From positions 132,496,001-132,560,000 of the forward strand of contig NW_024704742.1 in NCBI RefSeq assembly GCF_018977255.1: a stretch of DNA of 64,000 nt, written 5' to 3'. This document shows, in pieces, positions 38,456 to 51,814 of the stretch. A program made the translations under genes and the position numbers. Within the stretch, counting starts at the first letter, position 1. Every line of letters starts with the position of its first letter. The notes beneath the pieces were generated by a model, which was not told the DNA's origin, did no database searches, and was given only the letters and a program-made list of their open reading frames with translations. Source of the stretch: Callorhinchus milii (taxonomy: Eukaryota).

Positions 38456-39436
38456 TATGCTGATGTATAAAGTGACCTTGCAGTTTCTCTTAATACTGAT
38501 TAGTCTCTCATATTAAGTAGTCTGATGAAGCTTTCCTGCAGTGGTTTGGAAATTCTTGTTGGAAACTCTGCTACTACCCCCTGTAATGAGGTTTATTTGC
38601 TTTCGCTGAGTTAGAAAATTGCAAGGTGGTCAAACCATCTGGCACCTTGCAAAATATGTTCAATTAATATGAGATATCTTGACAGCTTTCTACAATATAA
38701 AATACAAAGCAATAAAATAGAGTTCAAAAATATTATATTCCTGAACACCAAATCCAAAGTAATTTGAAGTAGGGATTTAAGAAGGTTTTGAAAGCAGAAA
38801 GGAAGGGTGTGAAACAGGGGAATATTGGGAAGGCGTTCCAGAGATTGGGCTTAGTGAGTGAAAGTTTGATTGCTGATGTACAGGATGGAGAGAGGCAAAG
38901 ATCATGCAGCAGGCCTGAATGAAGCAATCATTTTCATTGGTTGTTAATTATGTAATTAGCAGCTCTGTGTGTATGTTACACTTGGTTTACAGCTCGAGCG
39001 TATTTGTCCCCGACAACTGTTTTTACTGACTTTCTCTACGAACACATTTCTGGATTGGGAGCTTTCCAACTTGTGTCTTTAATGATGAACTGATTAATAT
39101 TTCTGTGTTGTCGTGGGAAGTGCAAATGATGTACTTGATTCTGTAATTGAAAGTACTTTGCAATATGATCAGATTTAGTATATGCATTATATAAATTGGA
39201 CTTGACTGACCTTAAAGGACAAATGGAAACTGCTACTATTTTTTTTCTTGGCATTTAAGCGAGCAATACGTGCACTGTATTTAAAATGTGTATTTTTTTT
39301 TCTCTCTTATGCATCAAGAATACTAAATGTTATCTTAATTGCAGAGACAAACGTACCAGCCTTGACAAATGTACAGTATCTTCTTCTGGCACAATAGAAT
39401 AATCCTTACAAAAACTAACAGAAACATTGATAATGT

Positions 39437-39797
39437 GGAGTGCTATAGCTTAATTGTTTGAGCACTCACCTCTCAAGCGAGTGGACCTGGGTTTGATTCC
39501 CAGGCAGGGCGAAACGTTGGGCAAGTTTGCTTGTTCCACACACCTCTGTTTGCCTAGCAGGAAGTAGGAACATTGTTGTTAGTCAATTAGCAGGTCGCTT
39601 TTATGGGGTAAGAATCCCTTAGAAATGACAATAATAATTTGGTCAATCAATCCACGACTGTAGGACACTGCTGTGCTCAATTGGCTGCTGTGTTTCGCCA
39701 AATATAGTCAATTCACTTTACAATATTCTGTGAAGTGCTTTGAGTCATCTCAAAGACGTGATAAGGCACTATATCAAATGCACGGATTATTATTATT
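39437..39797 (+). mobile_element. Long-variant tRNA-SINE, full length
   Basis: tRNA head, long internal block, (ATT)n tail. Confidence 0.82.
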
Positions 39798-40947
39798 GTA
39801 ATATAAAGTGTGGAGAACGAGGTGATCTCAGCATCTTCACATCTGTATTCTGTCATCCATTGGTACATCCTTTGGATGAGATGTTAACCTGAATCCCATC
39901 TACCTGTTCATAACATAACATGTAGGAGCAGGAGTAGGCCATTCAGCCCTTCGAGCCTGCCCCGCCATTCAATCATGGCTGATCTTCTAATCTAACTCCA
40001 GCTAATAACCTGACCCTGCCTTATCCCCATATCCCTTAATCCTTTTTGCAATAAGAAATCTATCTATCTCAGTCTTGAAGTCTCAAAGTGGATGTTAAAG
40101 ACCCCAGTGCACTCTTCGAAAAGAGAAGGAAGTTTCTCCTGGTATCCGGGCCAACAGTCTCCCAGATACAAAAATGGTCATTCATTTCATGGAGTTTGTG
40201 GGATAATGCTGTTCAAAACCTGGCATCCACATTCACCTATAAAATATAGGCACTGTTCAGAAAATCACTGTGAAGTGATTTATAATAATAAGAAGAAAAT
40301 CTTTGCATTTGATATAGCGATTTTCACATCAGGAAGACGTCTCTAAGCATTTTACAGGATTTACTGTAAAGTGCAGTGATCGTATTTTTTAGGTGAATAT
40401 GGCAGCCAATTTGCACTCAGTAATGTCCTATAAACCACCGTAAAGTAAATAACCATTGTTAACCTGGGATTGTTACCAGGATAGCAGAGAAACTCCCTTT
40501 CCATTTCAAATAGTGCCATGGGATCTTTAATGTCCACCTAAAGAGGTAGAAGAAACCTCAGCTTAACATCTCAGCACCTTAGCACCTTCTTGATTCCAGG
40601 ACCACTGCTGTTCTGACCGATAACCTGTTGGACGTCAAGTCCTAGATGAGCTCTAACATTCTCCATTTGATTGTTCACAAGACAGAGGATTTCTTCCTTG
40701 GTTCCTTCCATGCCTTCTTGCATTAACCTGTAACCGGGCCCTGACACCTGACTTTTCAGCACTTTGGGACGTCCTCCTGACATGAAATTGTAATTTTGTT
40801 GTTGTTGTATGGAGGCACACTCCACCTCACGGAGCCAGTGTGGAACCTTTAAACCCCACACCTGTGCTGTGTGTCTAGCTCAGCTTTCCCCCACTTCCAT
40901 AATATTGCCTACCTCTGCCACTATTAATAATACTACTACTAGTATGT

Positions 40948-41272
40948 GGAGTCCTGCAGCTCAATGGTTAGAGCACTCGCCTTGCAAGCGAGACAGCTGG
41001 GTTCAATTCCAGGCAGAGGGCGAAACCTTGGGCAAGTTTCCTTACTCCACACGCCTAATAATAATCCCTCCAAAAAACAAAAAAACAATAATAAATTGGT
41101 CATTTTCAGTCCATGACTGTTTGTGGGACACTGCTGTGCACAATTGGCTGCCGCGTTTCACCCACAGATATACAGTCAATTCACTTTACAGTCTATTCTG
41201 TGAAGAGCTTTGAGATGTTGAGAAGACGTGAAAAGCGCTATATCAAATGCAAGGATTATTATTTATTATTAT
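40948..41272 (+). mobile_element. tRNA-Ala SINE short variant, GAGAA loop
   Basis: Full-length copy. Confidence 0.9.
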
Positions 41273-41289
41273 AACTAATAATAATGCCT

Positions 41290-41888
41290 GCCCACTGAGA
41301 CCCTAATCCATGCATTTATTACATCCAGGCTTGACTATGCTAATGGTCTGCTCACTGGACTACCTGACTCTCCCCTACACAAGTTGCAAATTATCCAGAA
41401 CTCTGCAGCTCATGTCCTTTACCACACAAGGTCCACAAGCCTATTATCCAAATCCTCATCTGGCTCCTTAGGCTCCTCATCTCCCAGTGGATCAAGATTA
41501 AGATCCTCATACTCACTTTCAAATCCCTCACGGTCTTGTCACACCCTACCTTTGCGACCTCAACCGGCCCCACTCCCTGCACTCAGTGGGCACTGGCCTG
41601 CTCCAGTCCCTTATTTTCCTCCCACCCAACTGGCATTCAGGATTTCAACTTATCTGCCCCATCTCTCTGGAACTCAATTCCTAGGTCCCTCAGATTTGCG
41701 CTCACCCTCCCTCACCTCTTTCAAGGTCTGATTCCAGAATTTCCTCTTTGACCGTGCCTTTAGTCATACTTTCCCACCCCACCTCCTCCCAACTTCAACT
41801 TGGGTGCCAAGCCAGGACTGTCAAGTGCTTTGCCACGTCCTCCCAACACGATAGGTGCTAAATAAATATAAATTTGTATTTTGTATTT
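41290..41888 (+). mobile_element. L2 LINE 3' fragment with (TTGTA)n-like tail
   Basis: [25 protein letters not shown]; 3' stem-loop at ~41825-41860. Confidence 0.85.
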
Positions 41889-42473
41889 TCCACAGCTTTG
41901 CACAGTGCAATGTATTGGGAAAAAGAAAAAAAAAATCTTGTTAGCTAAAACTAGGTAGAATATCAGGCCTGTAGGGAGATAAAATGACAACTGACATAGA
42001 AGAGAAACCAAAAGTAAAGAAAAATGGAGATAAATAACTGAATGAGTTTTGTTTTGTATGTGTGTGTTCCAATGGTCTTTGACACAATGTGATTATGTTT
42101 GAATTCTCCATGTGATAAGTTCCTGATCTTGGATGTGTTACGTGGACAGATGCCAAATGGAAAGGCCTTAAATTTCCCACAACGAGAAAGATTGAACAAA
42201 CTGTACAGCTTTAATGTAAAGAACCTTAAGTCTTGATAATAGGGAAGCCAGTAATGCTTTACAGGGCACACACCTCAATACATCATAACTTTTCTTACAA
42301 AATATACAGTCACTACACTTCACAATATTTCCTGAGACATCCACCTGACATGAAAAGCGCTATATTAAAAGCAAGTATTATTATTATAAGATAATTTACA
42401 TGTACATGTATTTAATGCCATAAGTGAATACCAACATCTATGCTGATCTCTCAATCTGTTTTCCCTTTGCCAG

Positions 42474-42659
42474 GTTCACATGTTTGACCTGAATATTAAC
42501 AAATATGAACCAGTCTGTGTTCAAGTCGTCGTGTCCAGGAAGAAAAATAAACTGACACATGTTCAGTTCAACCCTGTCTACCCAATTATAGTAGTAGGAG
42601 ATGATCGGGGTTGTGTGATGTGCATGAAGCTGTCTCCAAACCTCCGCAGACAACCCAAG
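42474..42659 (+). CDS. DNAI1: DNAI1 coding exon (equiv. exon 19), 186 nt, [62 protein letters not shown]
   Basis: tttgccag / gtaaga; VGDDRG and KLSPNLR motifs; phase 0/0. Confidence 0.97.
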
Positions 42660-42764
42660 GTAAGATGTTCAGTTGCAAATTAAATGTGCACTAATGTACA
42701 GTATGTTCCTCTGGTTTCCTAAGGGACTGCCTGACAACTCTTCTTTCGCTGACATTATCCCAAT

Positions 42765-43110
42765 CATAGAATCATAGAATTATGCAGCACAGAAGGAGTC
42801 CATTCAGCCCATCGTGTCTGTGCCAGCTCTTTGAAAAGAGCTATCCAATTCAATCCCACTCCCCTGCTTTATCCCCATAGCTCTGCAAACTTGTCCTCCC
42901 CAAATGATTATCTACTTCTCTCATAAAAGCTGTTAACGAATCGGCTTCCACCACCCTTTCAGGCAATGCTTTCTAGATCCGAACAACTCGCTGTATGAAA
43001 ATATTTCTCCTCCTCTCCCCTCTGTTTCTTTTAACAACTATTTTAAATCGGTGTCCTTGGGTTACCAATGGAAATAATTTCTGGTAATCCCGAGTTACTG
43101 ACCCACTCAC
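42765..43110 (-). mobile_element. CR1 LINE 3' end
   Basis: (ATCATAGA)n tail; reverse strand GHRFKI...RRNIFIQRVVRI. Confidence 0.82.
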
Positions 43111-45519
43111 CAGTAGAAATAATCCCAAATAAACTATTTTTAAAAACAAAACAATTACCATTTAAAATATTTCAGAAATGGCCTCTCCAGGCTAAATTGC
43201 AAAATACGAGCCTGGTGGTTTGAAAGAACTGTTCCTGGGTTTTTGATTTATTTGCTGACTTGTAACGTGGCTAAATGCACTTTTCATTCTATATTCTTCA
43301 AATACTGTAGCCTTAAAAGTAAGCCTAGAAGGCAAGAAGTATACCTTAAGATCTTTTTATTGATGCTGAAGTAACATCAAGGTGGTGCCTACATTTGTGA
43401 TATCTTTACTTCTCACTTGTTGACACCAAGTATTTTTACCCACTGCCAGTTTCAAACGTCTTTTACAGTGCACATTGTTTAGGAAATTATCCATATTATT
43501 GGTTATTTGTCTACTACATTCTACTCTTGAATACCATATTGTCCAGTGTCAGGCATTTTTAGTGTTAGATGTCCCATGTCATACTCAAGCCAGGACGACC
43601 TGCTGACACTGGGAGATGATTTTGAAGGACTTCATCACGATGTGAGGAAACTTGACGTGAGTTGGTTGAGTCACCCTTGGCACAAACCCACGTCGGTGAG
43701 CAAACCAAATATAAGTTTAATAGTTGCGTTTGCTATAACATTAAAACATCTCATTGTGCACTGACTATTTGTTAGGCAAACACAGCAACACATTTCAACA
43801 CAGCAAGGTCCCATAAATGAAGAGACTGACCAATTTATTTGGAGGATTGTTTGCAAGGACATTGGAAGAACAACAACAAATTACATTTATACAGCACCTT
43901 TCACGTCAGGAGGATGTCCCAAGGCGCTAGACAGTTAGGGATCCGCACCAAGCTGGTGGTTGGGATCAGGAAGGTGGAGGGCGGGGAGGGTAGGAGACGA
44001 GGGTGAGTGAAGGCACTCTCAAAGAGAAACTTGTTTCGCCTTTTGAATAGTGTCACGGGATGTGTAAAAGCCAGCTAATAATTATGATTATTTAGCGAAG
44101 TTTCTATTATTCTTATTGACTCCATTGATTCAATAGCATGTACCTCTTAAAATTAGAATTAGAATGGAAAAAAATATAGTTCTACCTTACCTACATTGTA
44201 ATGGTGTTGAGATGCATTATAAATATTTGTGCCTATTTAAAAAAAACTCCAAAAAGTATATGTTGAAGCCCTTCTTCCAGAAGGATTATTTTTCAAAATT
44301 CCCTCTCAGGTCAAAAGTCAGGAAGTGATGTTATCAGAGTCACTGGTGAAACACTGAGATAGACAGACATACAAACAGAAAAAACAGATGAATAGGGAGA
44401 GGAGTGGGAAGGATCACTGAAACAGTTAGATTAAGTTAGAGGAAACTGAGTAATCCAATCAAAGGAATAAGAAACCACTGAGTCTCAGATACCCCTAAAT
44501 AAACCTATTATTTACTCTGTAAAACTCTGTATCTCCGCCTCCCTCTCTCCCCTTTCTGTGCTTGACCATTCACACTGATGACATAACCAGCTTGATTTAT
44601 TTTCATGAGCATTGACTCCAGTATTTCTAAGTCTAAATCTTAACTAAACATCACCAACTTTATAAAAATTCTAAAATTAAATATTTTGAACCAAACATAA
44701 TTCAGCTGATTATATATGCTTAAGCGTTTTTTTCACACCGTCCATTCTACTTTAGATTCCTGATATGTGGCCATATAATACTGAGACATCTGCCACCCCC
44801 GTTTCTCAGCCTGACTTGGTTTTAATGTGCCGTTATTTCTTTATACTCGGCCTGCTCATGCCTTATATCATTGGAATCTAAAATGAGATATATATATATA
44901 TAACATTAAACTATAAATTACAAGTCGGCTCATTTTATCCCCAGAATACCCAAGCTACCATCTTCACATCAAAGCATCAAACTGCTTTTTGATGAGCCCT
45001 GGCCATAAAAAGTCTTGTCAGTAACTATCAGATTGACCTGCAGGAGCTCCACTCCAACTTTTGCGGAAATGGATCGTGTAGGAATAGAATTTCATGACAC
45101 ACATTAGTTATTGGCAGTCACTGCTATTTGCAACTACTTGGTACGAGTATCTCAATCAAACCCCTACTGTTCCCTTGCAACCTATTCACTACCACCCCCT
45201 CAAAGCCTTGGGAGGCTCAGTAACATCTGCTCTTTGTTCCAGTTCCATTTTTCATTCATTTGTGCTAATTTGCAGTCTGGTCTTGTCACTCACCTTACTA
45301 GTTAAATCTGGAACTCTCTTCCTCTCAAGGCTGTGAATGCTGGATCCATTCAAATTTTCAAGACTGAGGTGTATAGATTTTTGTTAAGTAAGGGATATGG
45401 GGCAAAGGCGGGTAATTGGAGTTGAGGTGCACATCAACCATGATCTAATAAAATAGCGGAACTGGTTTGAAGATCTGAATTGCTATTTACATCCTCTCTC
45501 ATCTGCCCTATTTACAATT

Positions 45520-46130
45520 CTGGGTAAATGGCATTTGGTACTAAACTATATAGACCAGGAAGGAAGGACTAAGTTTCTATCCCTAATCTGTTCTGAATTA
45601 ACTGACAGGGATGCAATGCTATAATTTGCTTCCAGATCCCTAAGCAAAGTAAGAGGGGTGGGGAGGAAATCAACTCTGTTTAATGTTCCAGAGACATCTA
45701 ATTTGAACCATGTTTATGCACAAGGAGTGCATCAGATTTGTGGATCATATTGGGTTGAATTAAAATGTATTGTATATCCCAAAACTAAAATAAGTCATTT
45801 ACAGTTCAATCCACAGTCTGTGGAAATTGATCTGATCTCATTAAGCACTTTTGCAAGTGTCCTCAGTGACCTCAGGCAAAGAAAAACATGATACTGAGCT
45901 CCACTCCTAATCAACATCCACAGAACCGTGCTGTTCAATGTTGAACAATGACAGGATAGCAACTGACTGTGATGTTCTCTACAGTCAATCGCCTGCTGAC
46001 ACTTACTGTCTGTTCTCACATTTGAAGAATGGCCAGTCCAGCTAGGTACTGGAGAGCTGCCAGTGTCTGTGGAACTGTAACGCAGTGTGAGTCACCACCT
46101 TCTGGACAGGAGGAGAGAAAAGTGGGGAGG
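45520..46130 (+). mobile_element. Ancient AmnSINE2-like SINE in two pieces (45520-45680 and 45950-46130)
   Basis: Motifs TAGACCAGGAAGG, GCCTGCTGACACTTACTGTCT, GAAGAATGGCCA, AGGTACTGGAG resemble the AmnSINE2 consensus as I recall it. Confidence 0.5.
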
Positions 46131-48159
46131 GAACACTAAAACAGCCAGAGGAATTGAGCAATCCAATTAAAGGAATAACAAACCACCAAGGCTTAGATTT
46201 TTTCCCCAATACAAACCTGCTCCAAAAGGATATTGACTCAATAGGTAAATAAGTCTGTCTCAGAACATTTTGCTTCTATACACAGGTTTTCAAATAAAAT
46301 AACTACAAATTTTGAATTCTGTGCATCGTATTGTCAATAAAAGCAAATTGATTTTCGTTAGAAAAATGCACGGTAATACAAGGGGATGAAAATAATAATA
46401 ATAATCTTTGTATGTCGTCGAGATGTTTAAAAACACTTAATGCATAATTTCATAGCAGATTAATGTGATTGAATCTTTTATGAAACATTGCATGTTTCCA
46501 TCCATATCCTACACTGGTTATGTAACTAAACACCCTGCTCCTCGTCTGTCCAATTTTGCCATAATGGTTTGGTCCAACATCTGCTTTCAAACTGCTTTCA
46601 GCTGTCAACTTGGATATCGCTAAACTGACAAAATATGTTTCCCCCTGAGCCAGAGTTTGAGAGTTGGTTCACAGGATACAGATCGAGTGAAGTAATTATC
46701 CTGTTTTTAACTGCGTTTAAACACCATTCTCCATGATGGGGAGTAGACAAAATATACAGTCAATTCACTTTAGAGTATATTTTGTGAAGTGCTTTGAGAT
46801 GTCTCAATAACGTGATAAGGTGAAAATCAAATGCAAGGATTATTATTATAGAAATGAAGTGAAGCAATCTTTGAGTCCAACTGTTATGCTGAGACTTACA
46901 GGGAATGATGGTGGTCACGTTGAATTTGTGTGAACCATTGCACTTTTCACCCCGTGAAATCTTATAAAATATGAAAAAATACACAATCTCAGTCGGAGAT
47001 GGTGTTTTGCTTTTAGCCTCTTTTGGGGATTTTTCTCGGTTGAGAAATGGCTCAACAGTAAAACTCCAGCTGCTATTGTTTGGTATAATGTAACCATAGA
47101 GACATTAGAAGAATTTGTTTGCTCCAAAAAGCAGTGGATATCTGGAAAAGACAGATTACCAACTAAAGCAGCCAGCAATGTCTTGTATTGTGCTGGACAG
47201 TGTCAGGACATAAGGTTTCCAAATCCAATCCTGTATTACAGCCTTGAATAGTACAGAAGCAGTAGAGAGTCTCTACAACAGTAAAATATTTTCTAAAAAT
47301 TGTAACAGGGAAAGTGCTATTCTGTATTAGGCGATTAATTTGGCATTGTGCTATTTACGTTTAAATATATGCAGAATTAATCACAGGTACCCATAATTAT
47401 CTAATTGACATCTTAACTTTTTAATATGCTGTTATGCATACGAGTGAAGGCACTTGGAATTCTCTTCATACACGTGGTTTGCACAACAATAATAACACAG
47501 CTTGCATTTATGTAGCGCCCTTCACCCGGGGTAGTGTCAGTGGCGGAGTCTGACATGGCAACCCGCAATTCAAAGCATCCTACAACAGTTTGATTTGTGT
47601 CACAAGTCAGACTGTATTCCTCATTCAGAGGCTACCTAAAACATCTGTGAAATGATTGTATTGCTGAACTCTTAACAACTACAATTTACATTTATAAAGC
47701 CAGCTAGATGTCTAAAAGCGCTTCATACAGCTGACGGAAAACCCAAGCTGAGGTGGGGAGAAAGTGATCGAATGCACGGTGAAAAAGATAGATGTAAAGG
47801 TTGACTTTAAAGGTGAAGAGGGAGGGGACAAGGCAGGGGTCTTTGGGATGGAGTTCGAGAGAGAGACTGGGCGAATTCTTGCCCACCAGTGGTGGGACGG
47901 ATCGGGTGGTGAACATGAACTAGGCTGGTGTTTGCTAAGCAGAGGGAAAGGCTGAGTTGGAAGGGTTACTGGAGGTCACAGGGGTAGGTAGGACAAGGCT
48001 ATAGAGGGATTTGAAGACAAGGATCTTAAATTCAATCCATTCAGGATGGGGAACACAACAACCTAATAAGAAGTCAAATAACTTTTGGATTTAGATTATA
48101 GAGCAACAAGAACACCGCATAATATAGCTCCAGTACAAAAGTTCAATATGAATGAATGG

Positions 48160-48950
48160 TGTCAGCTTGGATCAGTGGTATCACTCACGCCTCTGAGTTA
48201 GTAGGTTGTGAGTTCAAATCCCACTTTAGTCTAAGCTGAAACTCCAATGCAGTGCTAGGGATTGTCGGAGGTGCCATACTTTGAATGAGATGTTAAACCG
48301 AGATCCATCTGCCTGTTCTTGTGGACATTAAAGATCCTATAGTACTATTTGAAAAGAAAAGAGTTTCTCTGGGTGTCCTGACCAAAAATCCCCTAAATAA
48401 AAAATTGGTCACTCACTCTATGGCTGTTTGTGGGACATTGCTGAGTGCAATTATGCTGCCATGCAGCTCAGTGGTTAGAGCACTTGCCTTGCAAGCGAGA
48501 CACCTGGGTTCAGTTCCAGGCGGGCGAAACCTTGGACAAGTTTCCTTACTCCACACGCCTAATAATAATCCCTCCAAAAAAACAAAAGAGTAATAAATTG
48601 GTCATTTTCAATCCACAACTTGTGGGACACTGCTGTACGCAATTGGCTGCCGCGTTTCGCCCACAAATATATGGTTAATTCACTTTATAGTGTGTTCTGT
48701 GAAGCGCTTTGGGAAGTCCTCCCGACGTGAAAAGCGCTATATCAAATGCAAGGATTATTATTATTATTATTCTGTGAAGCACTTTGAGACGTCGAGAAGA
48801 CATGAAAAGCGCAATATCAAATGCAAGGATTATTATTATTATGTTTGCCTCCAAATGCAGTCATTCTAATTCATAGTAATTCCTGTGAAGTGCTTTGAGA
48901 CATTCTTCTAAAATGGTAAGGCACTGTACCAAATAAAAAGATTATTATTT
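48160..48950 (+). mobile_element. Deu-SINE interrupted by a tRNA-Ala SINE (48464-48842) that has a doubled 3' tail
   Basis: Deu-SINE body breaks at gctgccatg and resumes at atgtttgcct. Confidence 0.8.
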
Positions 48951-50049
48951 TAAGTGTCCAAGACACTACCTTGCGTGAAGGGTGCTATATAAATGCAAAT
49001 AGTTGTTGTTAGTGGTTCGTACCTGCTTCCTCATATGGTGAACTGATATCAAATGTGACATGAGGTGATGATACTGACCTAAGCGGAAATATTTTTTTTG
49101 TTATATAATTACAACAATGTAGGAATATGAAAATCCGTTCAGATCATCTGGCTCGGCTTGTAATTGCCCATGTTGTAGACCTCAAAGACCAAGTTTTCAT
49201 TTTCCTCTTGCCTTGTCACCAAATCTTGTTGAGATCAGATTTTGCACATTTGTATTTTAGATTTGTTCCTTTCTTTACCTTTGAGTCTCCAAAGCCATTC
49301 TATGGTTTCTAGTTCAGGACAGCCCTGTTATCATGTCGGGTGTTGACAGGTCCACAAAAACAATGGCCACACGTCTCGCTTCTGGGTTGTAGGGTTGTTG
49401 GTGACAACACCTGCGGTGGAGCCAGGTAGTCAACCAGAATTACTCTCACAGGAAACATGGGCAAAGCAGTCACTGCTGACCTGCCAGCTGCGTGCACCCT
49501 GAGAACTTGCACAGGAAGCCAGACAGTCCATGTCAGAAACATACTGCACATTCCCAGTAATTGCAAGTCCACAGGACACCCATTCTATAAGCAGAGTCGC
49601 AGTCTAGTGAGGAGTGTTCTAAGAGGATTTATGCGGTAACACTCCAACAGGAGTAAACATCATATTAATGTAGAACTGTGGTTCTTTTTCTATTTTGTGC
49701 CTGACTTTTTAATCAAATCTTGTTCATGGTATGTTACTGCAATATATTATTACACTACATTTACAATCAAAAACAGAATGAAATCTAAACCACAAAAAGT
49801 TCAAATGTGCTCACAAGGCAGAAATCAAACCTGGTAATAGGCTGTAAACTGGACAAGAAATGTAGTCACAAAGGTTAACAGCGATGAAATGAAAAGGTAT
49901 TGTGAGAAGAGTGTACAGCTCCAACAGAGGAGCTCACACCAGCACAGCCAAATGGTCATTTCAGTGCACAGAAGGGATTAGAGAAAATGTGTGGCACAAT
50001 CACTGCTATCCTCACTCGGCTACACTGACTCCCCTCCACCATTGGTTTC

Positions 50050-50385
50050 ATAAACTTGGTCTGTGCTCCCTTGAATTTAGAAGGTTGAGGGGTGATCTGA
50101 TTGAGGTGTTTAAAATGATAAAGGGTTACGATGGGTAAACTACAGAGAAACTGTTTCCTCTGATGGGAGAAACCAGAATAAGGGGGCATAGTCTTGATAT
50201 TAGAGCTAGGCCATTTAGGAGTGAAATCAGGAAGCATTTTTTTCACACAAAAGGTAGTGGAAATCTGGAACTGTCTCCCCCAAAAGTCTATAAATGTTGT
50301 ATCCATTCATATTTTCAAGAATGAGGTGGACAGATAAGGGAATCAAGGGATATGGGGCAAAGGCGGGTAATTGGAGTTGAGGTAC
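50050..50385 (+). mobile_element. CR1 LINE 3' fragment
   Basis: LGLCSLEFRRLRGDLIEVFKMIKG motif. Confidence 0.85.
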
Positions 50386-50912
50386 AGTTGCCACCTCTTG
50401 AACCTCTCAGCTTGATATTTAATCTGCAGTCACTCAAACCAAATAAAGTTCATTAATTAATTTGTTCAAGTTCACTGAGGTCCCTGAACAGGTTTTGAAT
50501 GTTTTTTGGTTGAGCAGCTTTGTATTTGGTCTAAAAACTTTCACTTCTGCTAAAATAATAATAATAATAATTTGGTCACACAGTTCCTCGACTATTTGTG
50601 GGATACTGCTATGCGCAATTGGCTGCCCTGTTTCAGCCACCAAATATACAGTCAATTCACTTTACAGTATATTCTGTGAAGCTCTTTGAGACCTCAATGA
50701 TGTGATAAGGCACTATCAAATGCAAGGATTATTATTTTATTATGAAATCAGTGGGACCACACCAGCTCTTCACTATAACATATATCAACCAGCGCCGGGC
50801 TCGAGAGAGTGTGTTCTCACACACAAGTAAGTGTGAAAGCTTATTAATGCAACAAATGTAAAAAATAGATGAGGATGCTCAACCTACAGTAGTAATAATA
50901 TAATTTGTTAGA

Positions 50913-51234
50913 AATAATAATAATAATAATCCTTGCATTTGATATAGCGCTTTTCATGTCGGGAGGACGTCCCAAAGCGCTTCACAGAACACACTGTAAA
51001 GTGAATTGACTGTATATTTGTGGGCTAACGCGGCAGCCAATTGCACACAGCAATGTCCCACAAATAGTCGTAGATTGAAAATGACCAATTTTATTATTGT
51101 TTTTGGTTTTGGAGGGATTATTATTAGGCTCTGTGTGGAGTAAGGAAACTTGCCCAAGGTTTCGCCCTGCCTGGAATTAACTCAGGTCTCTCGCTTGCAA
51201 AGCGAGTGCTCTAACCACTGAGCTACAGGACTCC
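50913..51234 (-). mobile_element. tRNA-Ala SINE short variant (CACAGAGCC subfamily)
   Basis: Near-identical to 63116-63433 and 59429-59765. Confidence 0.92.
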
Positions 51235-51814
51235 ACCTTATCAAATTAGAATCAATAATGCATGAAGTTAATTCAACAATATAAAATGACTGCACAGAAT
51301 CGGAAAGGGCATTGTACTAATTATGTTTTACAAGCATATAAAATTGTCACCATTATTGCACATTATAGCACACAGTGTTATAAATATTGTCCCCTACAGG
51401 GTTAATAGTGTCTGTGGAATCTGAAGGGGAAGTAACTATTGCTCTATATTGTGTTTCTTCCATTGCGCTTGTATAAAGGTGTGAGATATTTCATGTATTT
51501 ATATCATGTGGAACATTCCACTAAGCATCAGATTTCATGAGCTGTTATTCCTTTCAAAAGGATTGCTATTTATTGAGTATCAGCACACTGTTGGGTAATA
51601 TGTGTTCTAACTGGAGTATTTTCTGCAGTTAGGCAACACAGGGAGTACGTAACTCAGTTATTCACATAAAGAGTGCAACCCTGGATCTGAGTCACAGATG
51701 GGTGAACTGGAAAAAAAATGTCTTAAGATGTCAGCATCTTATTCTGCTCCCCATGGTTTGCAGCTGACGCATGCCCCTGTTTTCTGTATAGAAGAACAAC
51801 CCCAGGCTTCTGTT

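Noticed and set aside
49127..49639. Overlapping short ORFs in a unique, moderately GC-rich island
   Set aside because: No recognisable protein similarity or coherent exon structure in any frame I translated.
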